From assembly GCA_043228905.1 (NCBI GenBank), contig JBHGNT010000003.1, forward strand, positions 2,852,001 to 2,916,000: a stretch of DNA of 64,000 nt. Direction: 5' to 3'. Position numbers and translations under genes: made by a program. The stretch is from Azolla caroliniana (taxonomy: Eukaryota; Plantae; Polypodiophyta). Position 1 is the stretch's first letter, and every line of letters starts with the position of its first letter. The notes beneath the pieces were generated by a model, which saw only the letters and a program-made list of their open reading frames with translations, was not told the DNA's origin and searched no databases. Shown piece after piece: positions 39,181-50,860 of the stretch.

Positions 39181-40290
39181 CCCACACCTTTAACCCTGGG
39201 GGGGGGGGGGGCGCAAAACCGAGGAGAAGCTCTCAACCCAATCAAATATGTATACATTTATTCAGCTTTGATTTATACTCCTTACGATCTTCCATTTTAT
39301 TTACACGTTTGTATACTGCCCATTACTTATGTGTTTGTAGTTCTGGTCCACCAGATTGCCCTTATGAAATATTGTGGAAGATTATGAACTGATGGATGGT
39401 GAATACTTTTCATGATTCATATATAAATTAATTACTAGTTTGATTTATAGGTTTATTCAATGCCCACTATTTATGTACATATTTTTAGTCCTGGACCAGA
39501 TTGCCTTATCAAATATTGTGGAAGATTATGTACTTATGGTGAATCGTTTTCATGATTCATGTATAAATTAATTATTAGTTTGATTTATAGGTTTGTCTAT
39601 TTCCCATTATTTATGTATCTAATGTCCTGGACCAGATCGCCTTATGAAATATTGTGGAAAAGAATGTACTCTAGAGATCACCGTGGGGGATTTCGTAATT
39701 CATTCTTGTTTTTCTATATTGATTTTAATATGTTTTGGTGAGATACAAGAAGACTCGGGGCGGGAAGTTTTTTATATTATTGTCAACATGTTCTTGTTTC
39801 TCAACAATTTGATGTTTAGTGTGCACATTTAGATTGGGTGAATCAATAACAACCTCACACTATTAAAAAACAATGTATGAAGTAGAAGTGTCTTCATTCA
39901 ATAATTCGCTAATCACCAATTATTTATCATAAGTACAGAATCGGATTGCAAATGGCATATTCGACAATGTTTTTATGAGACCATCATAGGACTCCTATTC
40001 CCAGTCACTACAAATGAACAAATAACAGAAATAACGTTCAATGATCCCAAATGAATGAAAAATACGAGAAATAAGAAGACTCTATATCGATGTCAAGACA
40101 TTTTGGTGGCGTCTAAGAAGACTCAAGGGTGGAAGTCTTTCTATATTGATGTCAACACATTTTGGTGGCAAAACTTCCACCCTTGACTATGCTTGGATAC
40201 CACCAAAATGTCTCCACATCCCTACCCTTGACTTTTCTAGGATGCCACCACCAAAAAACGTTAACATCAATAGATAAAAACTAATGGTTG

Positions 40291-40345
40291 TATAAAAAGA
40301 GGAGTGGTACTTTGATCTCCTACAAGAAAGTATCAGTTTAGAAGA
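40291..40345 (+). promoter_or_regulatory. Putative TATA box and conserved leader of C-type DUF247
   Basis: tataaaaagaggagtgg..gatctcctacaagaaagtatcagttt, conserved at about 56496-56552. Confidence 0.55.
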
Positions 40346-40549
40346 GGAGGAAGAAGAAAGTGTTAGTAGAAGAAGAAGAAGAAAAAAAAAATCAGTTTAG
40401 AAGTAGTAGAAGAAGAAGAAGGCTAAGAAGAAGAAAACAATTTAGAGGTAGTAGTACTAGAAGAAGAAGAAGAAGGAAATTTCAGTTTAGAAGTAATAGT
40501 AGTAGTAGTAGTAGTAGTGTTGTTGTTGGTGGTGGCAGTAGTTTAAGAG

Positions 40550-42094
40550 ATGGGTGAGAATATCAACAAGGAAATCTGCCTTACAATCCCACCCAATGGG
40601 TCGGCTGTGCATCTATATGAACCCATTCCTCCTAACCATACAAACCACTCCATTAGGCAACTTGGGGACCAATCCAAATGGTGGGACGAAATGATAAAAA
40701 AGATCGATAAAATTACTACTGCTCCTGATACAAATCCATTCAACAAGAAAAGCGATGATGAAAATGTGAAGATTTCGATTCCTCCCAAAGAACTCTTGGA
40801 AGCTAAGCAAAAATCATATTGGGATGAAAACCTGACCATCAGACCATTGTATACAAATCTTGTGACCAAATCCTGTCTTGATGACTGTAAGGCACTATGT
40901 ATGAAGAAATTCATGCAAAGACATGATATAGGAGAGGTGACAAAGCTCATTGAATACCTTATTCCTAACCACCTTGACCTTAACAACCATTATTCAAACT
41001 TCTCCCAAGATTACATCAAAGATTTCCAACTTCTGGTTACTATTGATACCGTCTTCATTCATGAATTCTTATTCTTTTCGAGCACTGCACGTTCATATTG
41101 CCAAGATAAGCAACAGGAGTTCTTACACAGTTTCTTCAATAACAAAACTAAATGCAACCAAGAACCTATTATAAATACTGACTACTTGGACAAATTCTTC
41201 AACAATGATTTCAAATGCAAACCTGTATGGAGGAACTTCTTCTTGATGGGAAACCAAATTCCCATGTCCTTTCTAAAGACGATTGCAGAGTTTCCAAACA
41301 AAAACGAAGTCAATTTGAAAGATCTCCAGGCAGTGTTAGTCGATATTGTTGCGAGAAATTCCCCATTCCCCATGGGCTATAATGATTGGCACAAGAATGT
41401 TCCATATCCAAATTTACTCAATTGCAAACATCTACTGGATTGCCAATATGTTCTGGTCACACAAGGATTAAACGAGCTGAGATCCCCGCAAATCCAACAT
41501 AATTGGTCGACGAATCAAGGAGCTGGCAAGCTACAGTCTAAACATCGTGATCGGCTGCCACCAGCGTCTCAACTGTCAAAAGTCGGCATTTCGTTTCATG
41601 CTCTGAGTCATAGAAGTGGCACATCAATGATCAGGTATCATCGGAAGAAACTTCAGCTCTATCTTCCGTGGATTGTGGTGTACGAAGGCACGGAGAATGT
41701 GCTGCGGAACCTGCTTGCCTATGAGCAGACCTCCAAAGATGGAGGTGAGTTTGCTAAGTATGTTGTAATCATGGACTCACTCATTGATACAACAGAGGAT
41801 CTAGCAATCTTGACTAAGGCAGGGGTGATAGTGAACCACCTCGGGAGCGATCAGAAGTTGGTCAACATGTGGAACAACATGAGCGAGAATGTCACCATTC
41901 GATCATGCAGAAGATGGGACAATATGACATGGGAGGTACTACGTGACTATGAAAACTCTTGGCGTTGCATGTATGTGGAGTTTCATGAGAAGTCCTTCTC
42001 TCGCCCATGGCTGACCACATCGGTCATTGCTGGAATCCTAATCCTTATATTGACATTATTGCAGACTATCTACACAATCTTAGGCTATTACTAG
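40550..42094 (+). CDS. DUF247 protein, sub-clade C, intact, 514 aa
   Basis: LMGNQIP, HLLDCQY, LPPASQLSKVGISF, TENVLRNLLAYEQ, KYVVIMDSLIDT, SRPWL plus TM helix; TATA-like TATAAAAAGA at about 40291. Confidence 0.92.
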   Translation: MGENINKEICLTIPPNGSAVHLYEPIPPNHTNHSIRQLGDQSKWWDEMIKKIDKITTAPDTNPFNKKSDDENVKISIPPKELLEAKQKSYWDENLTIRPLYTNLVTKSCLDDCKALCMKKFMQRHDIGEVTKLIEYLIPNHLDLNNHYSNFSQDYIKDFQLLVTIDTVFIHEFLFFSSTARSYCQDKQQEFLHSFFNNKTKCNQEPIINTDYLDKFFNNDFKCKPVWRNFFLMGNQIPMSFLKTIAEFPNKNEVNLKDLQAVLVDIVARNSPFPMGYNDWHKNVPYPNLLNCKHLLDCQYVLVTQGLNELRSPQIQHNWSTNQGAGKLQSKHRDRLPPASQLSKVGISFHALSHRSGTSMIRYHRKKLQLYLPWIVVYEGTENVLRNLLAYEQTSKDGGEFAKYVVIMDSLIDTTEDLAILTKAGVIVNHLGSDQKLVNMWNNMSENVTIRSCRRWDNMTWEVLRDYENSWRCMYVEFHEKSFSRPWLTTSVIAGILILILTLLQTIYTILGYY

Positions 42095-42422
42095 TTGAAT
42101 CTCTGAATCAACTCTTGGGCAGAGATAGGGAAGCTCAAAAACAATCAAGTGTTTGAGCTTTCTTTCCTTTAAGTTCATTTCTGGGATCTCATTTTGACTC
42201 CATTACTTTAGTTAGATCTATCCCAATTTATAATCCATATGAGCTTTTATCAGTGTGGAAGATTGTCCTAAGCATCTTTGTGCTTAGAAATAAGAACGCG
42301 GTGAGACATCATGGCATTGTATTTACCACACCTTCATTGGTGCTTAATACATGATTGAGTAATTATTTGTTACAAGGATTTTTAATGGGTATTAAGTGAC
42401 ACTTCTAACAATAGTAACTCGA

Positions 42423-42920
42423 TGATGAATATGGGACTCGGCCACAACAGAGATTTAAGTACAAAAGAAGAGAAAACATAAAACAGAAATGCTCAAATGA
42501 GAGAACACAGAGACACGGGATGTTTAACATGGAAAACGCGAATCGGGAAAAACCACATGGAGTGTACAAACTCCCGACAGAACACTATATGGGGAGGAGT
42601 TACAACAAGAGGATTGAAGGCAACGACCTTGGGCTCTTCTTCGTCAACTAACAGCTACAGAGTTACACATTGTTCTCACTCTCTCACACATATACACTAG
42701 TTACAAAGGCCACTACCGCTCTAACTTTTTTAACAACTAAAATCATCATAACATAATGATTGCCTTAGGTGTATATATATTAATATACAATATGGACTAT
42801 GGCCCACTAAGGACATATTTAGACTATTTACAAAATTTATAGTCTCCTGAATCGGCTTCAGCCGATGCAGCTAATGATCGAGTCAATTTTCGGTTTTCGG
42901 TTTTCGATTTTCAATTTCGG
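42423..42920 (-). mobile_element. LTR-like insertion
   Basis: Absent from the paralogous 3' flank of 56678; begins tgatgaatatgggact like the 30548 LTR; contains a tttaacatggaaaac..ggaaaaaccac LTR-type motif. Confidence 0.55.
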
Positions 42921-43509
42921 CTCTAAGTGACACTTCTAATAATAACGACTCAATGAATGGTGTCATGAGCAATGTTTTTATGGCACTTATGATAGGTATC
43001 CTCATGTTTCTTAACCCTACATAAAAAGTCTTCTTCAATGTTGAGTGAATTCCTCTGCACAATGTAAGCATGCCCTGTACGGAGGAACTTTCTCAAGACT
43101 AATGTGGGGAGATTAGGAAGTGGTTCTAGCTAGAGTTTTTAGAATCTAGCTAGTCGAGATTCTCAAAAGTAGCTATTTTCCGTCCATTAGGCCTAATTTA
43201 TAGGAAAATTAACGTTAAAAGATGTACAAGTTTAAAAACTTTTGTCCCCCCTTCTCATGTTCTCTACACTTATTTATAAAAGGAAAATTGAATGTCACTA
43301 AATAGGCCCATAAACGTTGCTGGGCCAAACCATTTCCAAGGGTCATATATTTTGAATACTACAAAGCTAACTAACAAATACTTATTTGCACATTTGAAGA
43401 TCTATTTGTCATTTTAGCATCAACTAAAAATCTTTTCTAGCACAATTCTTAGCACCACCTGTATAAATGTTCCGCATAAATAATCGACATCATTGGTGGA
43501 TCAAGCCTG

Positions 43510-45290
43510 TGCAGAAATTGTCTATCACAGTTGTAGACACTGGGAAACAAGAACCCAAATAAAACAGAGTTTTTCAATTTTCAAAATGCATAAAAACAGA
43601 AAACAAGGAGTTTGCTCATTACACTGGCCTCAAGCTCTACAGCCAAAAGAAGGAACTATAATCCGCGAGACCTTCTTTGTTTTTCAGATTGCACGAAAAA
43701 AAAAGCAATTGACCTCTACTAGCCTTCACAAAAATTTTGACCTATTCAAGATCAAATTGCTAGAAAGATTTTCAGAATACCTCCCCACCAAAACTGCAAT
43801 AACTGATTGATGGATGATAGATTTGAAGAATTGGTTATCCCCATCGACAAGCCAGGAGGAATGGTCTATTGATCTCAAATTTCCATTGCATGATATGCTA
43901 TGCAATCGACATTGAGCAGTACAACCAAAAACTGATTAAATACACTACACATTATTGCTTGGATGGATGCAGACTATCCCTTGTATCATAAGCTTGCGCA
44001 TCATTGTATGAAGGAATTGGTATGACAAGGCATGGCATCTTCATTGCTTTAGCAGAATCTACTTCAGCTTGGCCTAATCAAACTTTTGTGTAGCACAGAC
44101 TTTCAATAACACCATTTCTCGAGTCAATTCATCCATTTTTACTCAAATTATTGGTCTAAGATTGGGAAATTTTAGACTCCCTGTGGACTCTTTGGATTTG
44201 TCTTTTGTTTTTCAACCCAATTACATGGAACGTTTAATTGTGGAAATAGACATCTTAACCGGGGAGGCTTTAGAACACTTCAATATTAATATATTTACTT
44301 GGTCATATTTTAATAACTTCAAATATATTTCTTACACGTGATATGGATATGTTTGTAGACAGAGACAAACAGAAAATAAACTGAAACACAAACAAAAAAT
44401 TCAGAATACACACGATTTACATGGAAACCTGAAACCAGGGAAAACCACGGAGCAGCAAAATTTCCACGATGGATCAAGAGTATACATGATCGATTAGAAG
44501 GCTCATTAGCTTTCTAGGAGAAAGACTCAAATCTCAGGATCAAGAGTATACAGATCGATTACAAAAGCCCCTTAGCTTTCTAGGAGAAAGACTCAAATCT
44601 CAGAGAATACCACAATAGTATGGAAGAGACGAAACTCACTCAACAATAGCCACCTGTTGGACTCTTCTGTTTTCTTCTTCTTCTCTGTCTCTCGCGCACT
44701 CTCTGTTGGACTCTCTGTTGGACTCTCTGCTCACAGTCACTCACATCTACTGTCTTAGCACTTTCTTTCTCTCTTCGCACTGTCTTCTTCACTCTGTCTC
44801 AAGCGCTCAACAGTTTCCCCTAACTTACATATACCAATTTCCTATATATATATATACATACATATGTATCTACATATAAACATATATCATATATGTATGT
44901 ATATATATGTTTATTGGTCGACCGATTGATCGGTTTGACTATCTGACCCTGTCTTCGACCATCTGGTCGATCCGACTGGTCAGCCCTCAATGGCCTATGA
45001 TTCGCCCAACCCCCAAATCGATCGATTGACCGATCCAACCAACCGATCAGAATTCAGCCACTGATAGTCTCCTCCCATCAAGAGGGACACAATACCTAAC
45101 AGTTATCAATCAAATAAATATATAGGCATGATGCATGCATTTTTTAAGTCGACTATCACATAACTTTTTCTATGAAACCATAGTTTCATTCAATAACTTC
45201 TTCGACGAAAATGTAAATTCATAGCTGAAAAGAATATAGAGGTCAATCGACACGGTGTCATCAATGTTCTACTTTGTAATCATCAAATGT
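43510..45290 (+). repeat. Segmental duplicate of about 17940-19950
   Basis: Colinear high similarity including the shared solo LTR. Confidence 0.85.
44345..45101 (-). mobile_element. Same solo LTR, copied by segmental duplication
   Basis: Highly similar to 18966-19777 with the same flanks on both sides. Confidence 0.75.
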
Positions 45291-46479
45291 CATAATTATA
45301 GTGATTGTCATTCACATTGTTTCATAATTTCATAAGTGATTATGTAGTTGTTTCATCGATAGGGTTATTGAATGGGACACTCCCTACATGGGTTCAAAAA
45401 GTTGCCTTTACAAGAAAGAAACTCATCTACCACTTAATGCTCCCCACAATTAGTTGGAGATCTTTATTGTCCATAACCTTGAGATTGAATCCACAAACAA
45501 GGTTACCTTGAGGTTGTAACCTCTAATGGCTAAAATGTGAAAAGTATATATTGCATGAGCATTTGCATGTATTAGTTTACAAGAGAAATGATAGAGATAT
45601 TTTGTTAACCACATGAAGGCTTATGTATATGTATATGTTCAAACGTCCACTCTAGTAAAAAAGAAAACACAAGAATCAACCAACATATGTGAGATCATAT
45701 TGTATTGAATCAACATGGATTCATTGTTCGATAAAATCTGCTTTCCTAAGACTTTGCGACAACATGCAAATATTTGAATACTTTCTATTGTCCGTTGATA
45801 AGATCGAGGAAACCATCGTTGCGTATATGCTTAGATCTAGTGCTTTGAAGAGGGATAGAGGCAAAGCAATAATTCAATACTCTTTACGAAATAAAGGAAA
45901 AGCGAGAGTCTCGTATGAGGATACGTTGATTTTGAGGCTTTATGACGTACAAAGTTGATCACAATACCAATGGAGAAAGCTCCTAGGGAATTGAACTTAC
46001 TCCACAATCTAGACTCAACTTTTATTTTCCAAAAAAGGAGCTTTTTTCCCATGAGTTAGGAGAGGATCTAGACTCAACTTATTAACAAGGTGTTAGCAAT
46101 GCATAACTTTCAAACATAATTATTGGAATCATAGTTTATTGGTATTAAGGGAGCATTTCAACATTTCCAAGATGGAAACAGTAATTGGCTGAAGAAAACA
46201 TTCAAACTTCAAAAAACATTACCATTTCGTTGTTTACAAATCTGATTCAAATCTGGACTACCGCAGTTTTAACCAACATGTATGATGTAACATATTACTA
46301 TTATTTGATGGAAAAGCATGCCCGCACCCAAACAACCATAACTTATCATTAGATAATCAATGTCAATGTCGTAATGTAATGTAAGATGATGAGTTATACA
46401 AGTACTAGAATTTGGTTTTTCATTAAGTTTTGCGAGGAAAGAGGAAGGTTCATCTGTATGGAAGGTTCATATGTTCTCT

Positions 46480-47039
46480 CCAAAGAGGAATTTGTTCGCC
46501 TGCCAACAGCATCTGAACTCCGCAAAGTCGGCATTTCATTCAAGGCGTGTGAAGGTAACTTCTCGGTGATCAAGTATGACAAGAGGACACGTCGGATCCA
46601 TCTTCCGAAGATTGCCGTGCTCGGCAGCACGGAGGATATGCTGAGGAACCTCACTGCATTGGAAATAAGTCACAGCTATGGAACTGCGTTTTCGATGTAT
46701 GGTGTCATAATGGATCAGCTCATCAACACCCAGGAAGATCTCGAAATCTTGGAGAAGGCCAAGGTCATAGAGAACCACCTGGAGACCGGCCGGAGGTTGA
46801 TCGACATGTGGAAACACATGTGCATCAATAAGCGCTACGATCCCCACACCGGATCAATGGTCGATGATATCGTGGCCGACCATTCCTCCACTTGGCATCG
46901 CTGGCTTGTCGAGTTTTGTGACAGGTTCTGTTCTCGTCCATGGTATACGACATCATTCTTTGCCGCGTTTATACTGCTCATAGCGACAATATTGCAGACA
47001 GTCTTCACAGTCTTAGCTTACCTCAATCCCAAACCTTGA
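46480..47039 (+). pseudogene. 5'-truncated recent duplicate of the 37678 DUF247 gene (frame still open from an upstream ATG at 46386)
   Basis: From SKEEFVRLPTASEL onward nearly identical to 38620-39180; the upstream ~30 codons come from an intergenic repeat also found at 53810-53930. Confidence 0.85.
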
Positions 47040-47773
47040 CCCACACCTTTAACCCTTGGTTTAAATGGTGAATCGTTTTCATGATTCATGTATAAATTAA
47101 TTATTAGTTTGATTTATAGGTTTGTCTATTTCCCATTATTTATGTATCTAATGTCCTGGACCAGATCGCCTTATGAAATATTGTGGAAGAGAATGTACTC
47201 TAGAGATCACCGTGGGGGATTTTATTGTCCAACGTAATTCATTCTTGTTTTTCTATATTGATTTTAATATGTTTTGGTGGGATACAAGAAGAGATCACCG
47301 TGGGGGATTTTATTGTCCAACGTAATTCATTCTTGTTTTTCTATATTGATTTTAATATGTTTTGGTGAGATACAAGAAGACTCGGGGCGAGAAGTTTTTT
47401 ATATTATTGTCAACATGTTGTTGTTTCTCAGCAATTTGATGTTTAGTGTGCACATTTAGATTGGGTGATTGTGACAACTATGAATCGATAACAACCTCAC
47501 ACTATTAAAAAACAATGTATGAAGTAGAAGTGTCTTCATTCAATAATTCGCTAATCACCAATTATTTATCATAAGTACAGAATCGGATTGCAAATGGCAT
47601 ATTCGACAATGTTTTTATGAGACCATCATAGGACTCCTATTCCCAGTCACTACAAATAAACAAATAACAGAAATAACGTTCAATGATCCCAAATGAATGA
47701 AAAATACGCGAAATAAGAAAGCTTCTGTTTTTTGCCCTAGGGTTTGATGAAGGTACGATCATCAAATTAGGGT

Positions 47774-48030
47774 CTAACTTTTGTAATAGCCTGCGCACAG
47801 TATAGCCTGTCTGCACTAATGAGAAAAGGAGCGGTAGAAACGCCACAAGGAGCGAAATGGTTAGCCATGGCCGAGAGAAATACTTCTCACGAAACATCCA
47901 CATACATGACAGGCCTAGGATTTTCATAGTCATCCAATACATCTTCAATCATGTCGTCCCAATCCGGGCATGGCCGATCCGAGACAGTGATGCATCACTG
48001 AAGCTTTCTCTTGTTGTAGTGCATCACTGA
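47774..48030 (-). pseudogene. 3' fragment duplicate of the inverted DUF247 at 21569
   Basis: Matches 21400-21790 including the 3' UTR; retains FSRPWLTISLLVAF. Confidence 0.85.
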
Positions 48031-48590
48031 TATTGTATCCATTGTTTTGCTCGAATGATCTTGAGAACACAATGCTGACAAGATGGAGAGGTGTTTTGAA
48101 CGAGGAAATAGGCATTGTGGAGGAGGCCATCAACTAGAAGTTACTATGGTGTGGAAGGTCAAAAATGTAATATATACCATTCATTCAAATTAGGTTATCG
48201 AAAACTTTAATAGAAACATAAATCCTCAAGAATGCATGATGATGACTTAATGTTAGTGGAACTTTAATTGCTAATGGCCTACAATCGTCACAATAACTAT
48301 GATGTTTCCCAATGGCATTGATGGGTTTTAATTGACATTCTCGTAATGTCACTTGCATGTAGTATCAACAAAAATTGGTGTCACAACGTCTAGAAAAACA
48401 TACCTCAGTAGCATGAGTGTGAAATACATTGGTAATTGAGGGGGGAAAAGCCTACAAGAAAGCAAAGGTAATGTTCTCTTTTCCCATTTCAGCAGAGGAA
48501 CCAATGCCAATAACCCTATTGTTCCACACAAGGCATTTCCCAAAACAACCTCTATTTGCTCAATCACCCTCTTCAATTCATCAAGTTATG
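48030..48590 (-). pseudogene. Decayed NB-ARC (NLR-like) remnant
   Basis: In canonical order on the minus strand: RVIGIGSSAEMGKENITFA (P-loop-like), RYVFLDVV (kinase-2-like), SYCDDCRPLAIKV (GLPL-like). Confidence 0.55.
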
Positions 48591-49329
48591 CAATTATTGA
48601 TATTGTTCATTTCGTGTGTGTACTTTACAAATAACTTGCAAATGTGAAGGTCTAGATCCATAGAGTTCCCTCTCATAAACGTGAGAATGTTCTATTTTGT
48701 AAGTAATTTGTAACGTTTCACATTGCCATTTCACACCTACCATGTAGGGCAAGGTCTTTAGTTTGTATTTCGGAGGATTTGTTGACATCATTTTGCAAAA
48801 TTGTTTGGCCCCACGGAAACTTCCTTACATTCTAATTTCTGGATGATTGTTTAAATTATCCAAAATATTCTTTCCATGCTGGACATTGCTCTATAGTTGA
48901 CTTTGTTGTCATTAACTGTTAATCAACAGTTGGGTTCACACAAAATAACATTTCACAATCCTAACACAATCATAAGTATCTCAAAGGAGCCTCCATAGAA
49001 ATTCAAGTGCCTTTGGATCATTTTGAATTTGTTCATATTTTCTCATTTTATGTTAATTACAAATATAGCCTTCCATCACTTAACAGTACCTTTGAAGTTT
49101 GAAGCGAAGTTTGAAGCAACAAAAGAACAAGAGTCTCTGTCTCTCTCTTCCTGTCTTATTCTGTTTCTCTTACGACTGTAAAAGATGTCCATTTTGGTTC
49201 AAAATAAAGGTAACCGAAAGACTCTTCGTTTCTTTCCTTTTCTTTCTTACCCCTCTTTTCTTTTTTCATCCCTGTCATAAATATACAAACATATATATAT
49301 ATTGCCATAGTTCAGAACCTTTCATTCAG

Positions 49330-50266
49330 CGTAGATTTAGTGAGGGACTTGATGGTGATAGGCAACCAAATTCCCATGTCATTTCTAGAGAAGATTGCTG
49401 GCAATCGAGACTTCTCATTTGCTGATCTGTAGATGGCGGTAAGGGCTTTTATTGTCCGACGTAATCCATTCTTCTATAGGCGAAGATGTAAGGATAGATT
49501 TTTAGGATTTCTTGAATCGAATCACATAAACTTGGTCGATACTTGCGAGCATCTACTTGATTCACTCTACTTCTCGTGCACTGTCGAAGAGGTATCTACG
49601 AGGCGATCTAATTCTGAAGAATCCACAAGCAAATCTGATTATTCATGTTTCTATTTTCTAAGGAAATTTTGGTCGTCCAAAAAGACCAAGAAACTAGAAA
49701 CTCACATAAGGGATTTTCTTCGCCTCCCAACAGCATCTCAACTCTGGAAAGCCAGCATTTCGTTCAAGGCTTGTGAAGGTAACATATCGGTGATCAAGTA
49801 TGACCAGAGGAAACTTCAGCTCCATCTTCCATGCCTTGTCGTGGATGAGAAGACAGAGGATATGTTCAGGAACCTCATTGCGCACGAAATAACGTCCAAA
49901 AGTGGATATGAGTTTTCGACGTATCCGAATATCATGGACATGCTCATCGACTCAGAAGAAGATCTCGCAATCTTGAAATAGGTCAATGTGATAGAGAACC
50001 ACATGGGGAACGATCAGAAGGTCGTAGACATGTGGAACACCATGAGCATCAATGTGCATTATACCGACAAATCTAAAAGATTGATGATCGATGATATAGT
50101 GGTTGACCATTCCTCCCGTTGGCATTGGCATCGCTGGCATGTAGAGTTCTATGAAGAGTTCTTTTCTCGGCCATGGTATGCAGCATCATTCATGGCGGTG
50201 TTTCTACTACTCATAGCTTCAATATTGCAGACAGTCTTCTCTGTCTTAGCTTATCTCAAACCCTAA
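49330..50266 (+). pseudogene. 5'-truncated DUF247 (B-type) with in-frame stops
   Basis: RDLMVIGNQIP..HLLDSLY..LPTASQLWKASISF..FFSRPWY; TAG stops near 49430 and at 49979-49981. Confidence 0.88.
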
Positions 50267-50297
50267 AACTAACCTAACCTTAAACCCTAGGGCAAAA

Positions 50298-50666
50298 GTT
50301 ATTGAAGTGTGGGCTATAAATATAGGCAGCCTTAGTCATTTGATAAGAGACCACCAAGAGTTGTAGGCTTGTGAGATTTGAGAGAATTAGAGAGTTGGGA
50401 ACACCATTTTAGAGAGAAAATTCTTTAGAGAGAATTGTGAGGTTATTCTCTTGGGTGTTGGGTTTAATTAGAGAACAATTTCTCTATTTGTTGTAAACAC
50501 TCTCTTACATTTTCTTATAGTGGAATCACTCTCCTTTCCGTGGATGTAGGCTAATTTAGCCGAACCACGTAAATACTCGTGTCATTTATTTCTCCGCTCC
50601 TATATTATCATATTATTGTCTTCTATTTAATCTAATGTACTATTTGATCCGAGTGTCACCCTAACA
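50298..50666 (+). mobile_element. LTR remnant
   Basis: TATAAATA box, ccgtggatgtagg..ccgaaccacgtaaa motif and a CTAACA end; interrupts a DUF247 3' UTR. Confidence 0.6.
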
Positions 50667-50860
50667 AAAAATAAGTGACCTTATCCTTTTTATGAAAATT
50701 TTCGAAAAATTCAAAGTAGCTCAAGAATTAACCTATGAATGATTAGTAACTGTAGAAGAATCTATAACATGGCACATACTCATGATTTGAGATTGCATCA
50801 TTAGTCATGGTGGCAACAGAATTTAATGTATATTCTGCCACATAACCATAATCTGGGAAG

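Noticed and set aside
40360-40557. Arg/Ser/Glu-rich short ORFs (also 7157, 13067, 56511, 62519)
   Set aside because: Translations of microsatellites.
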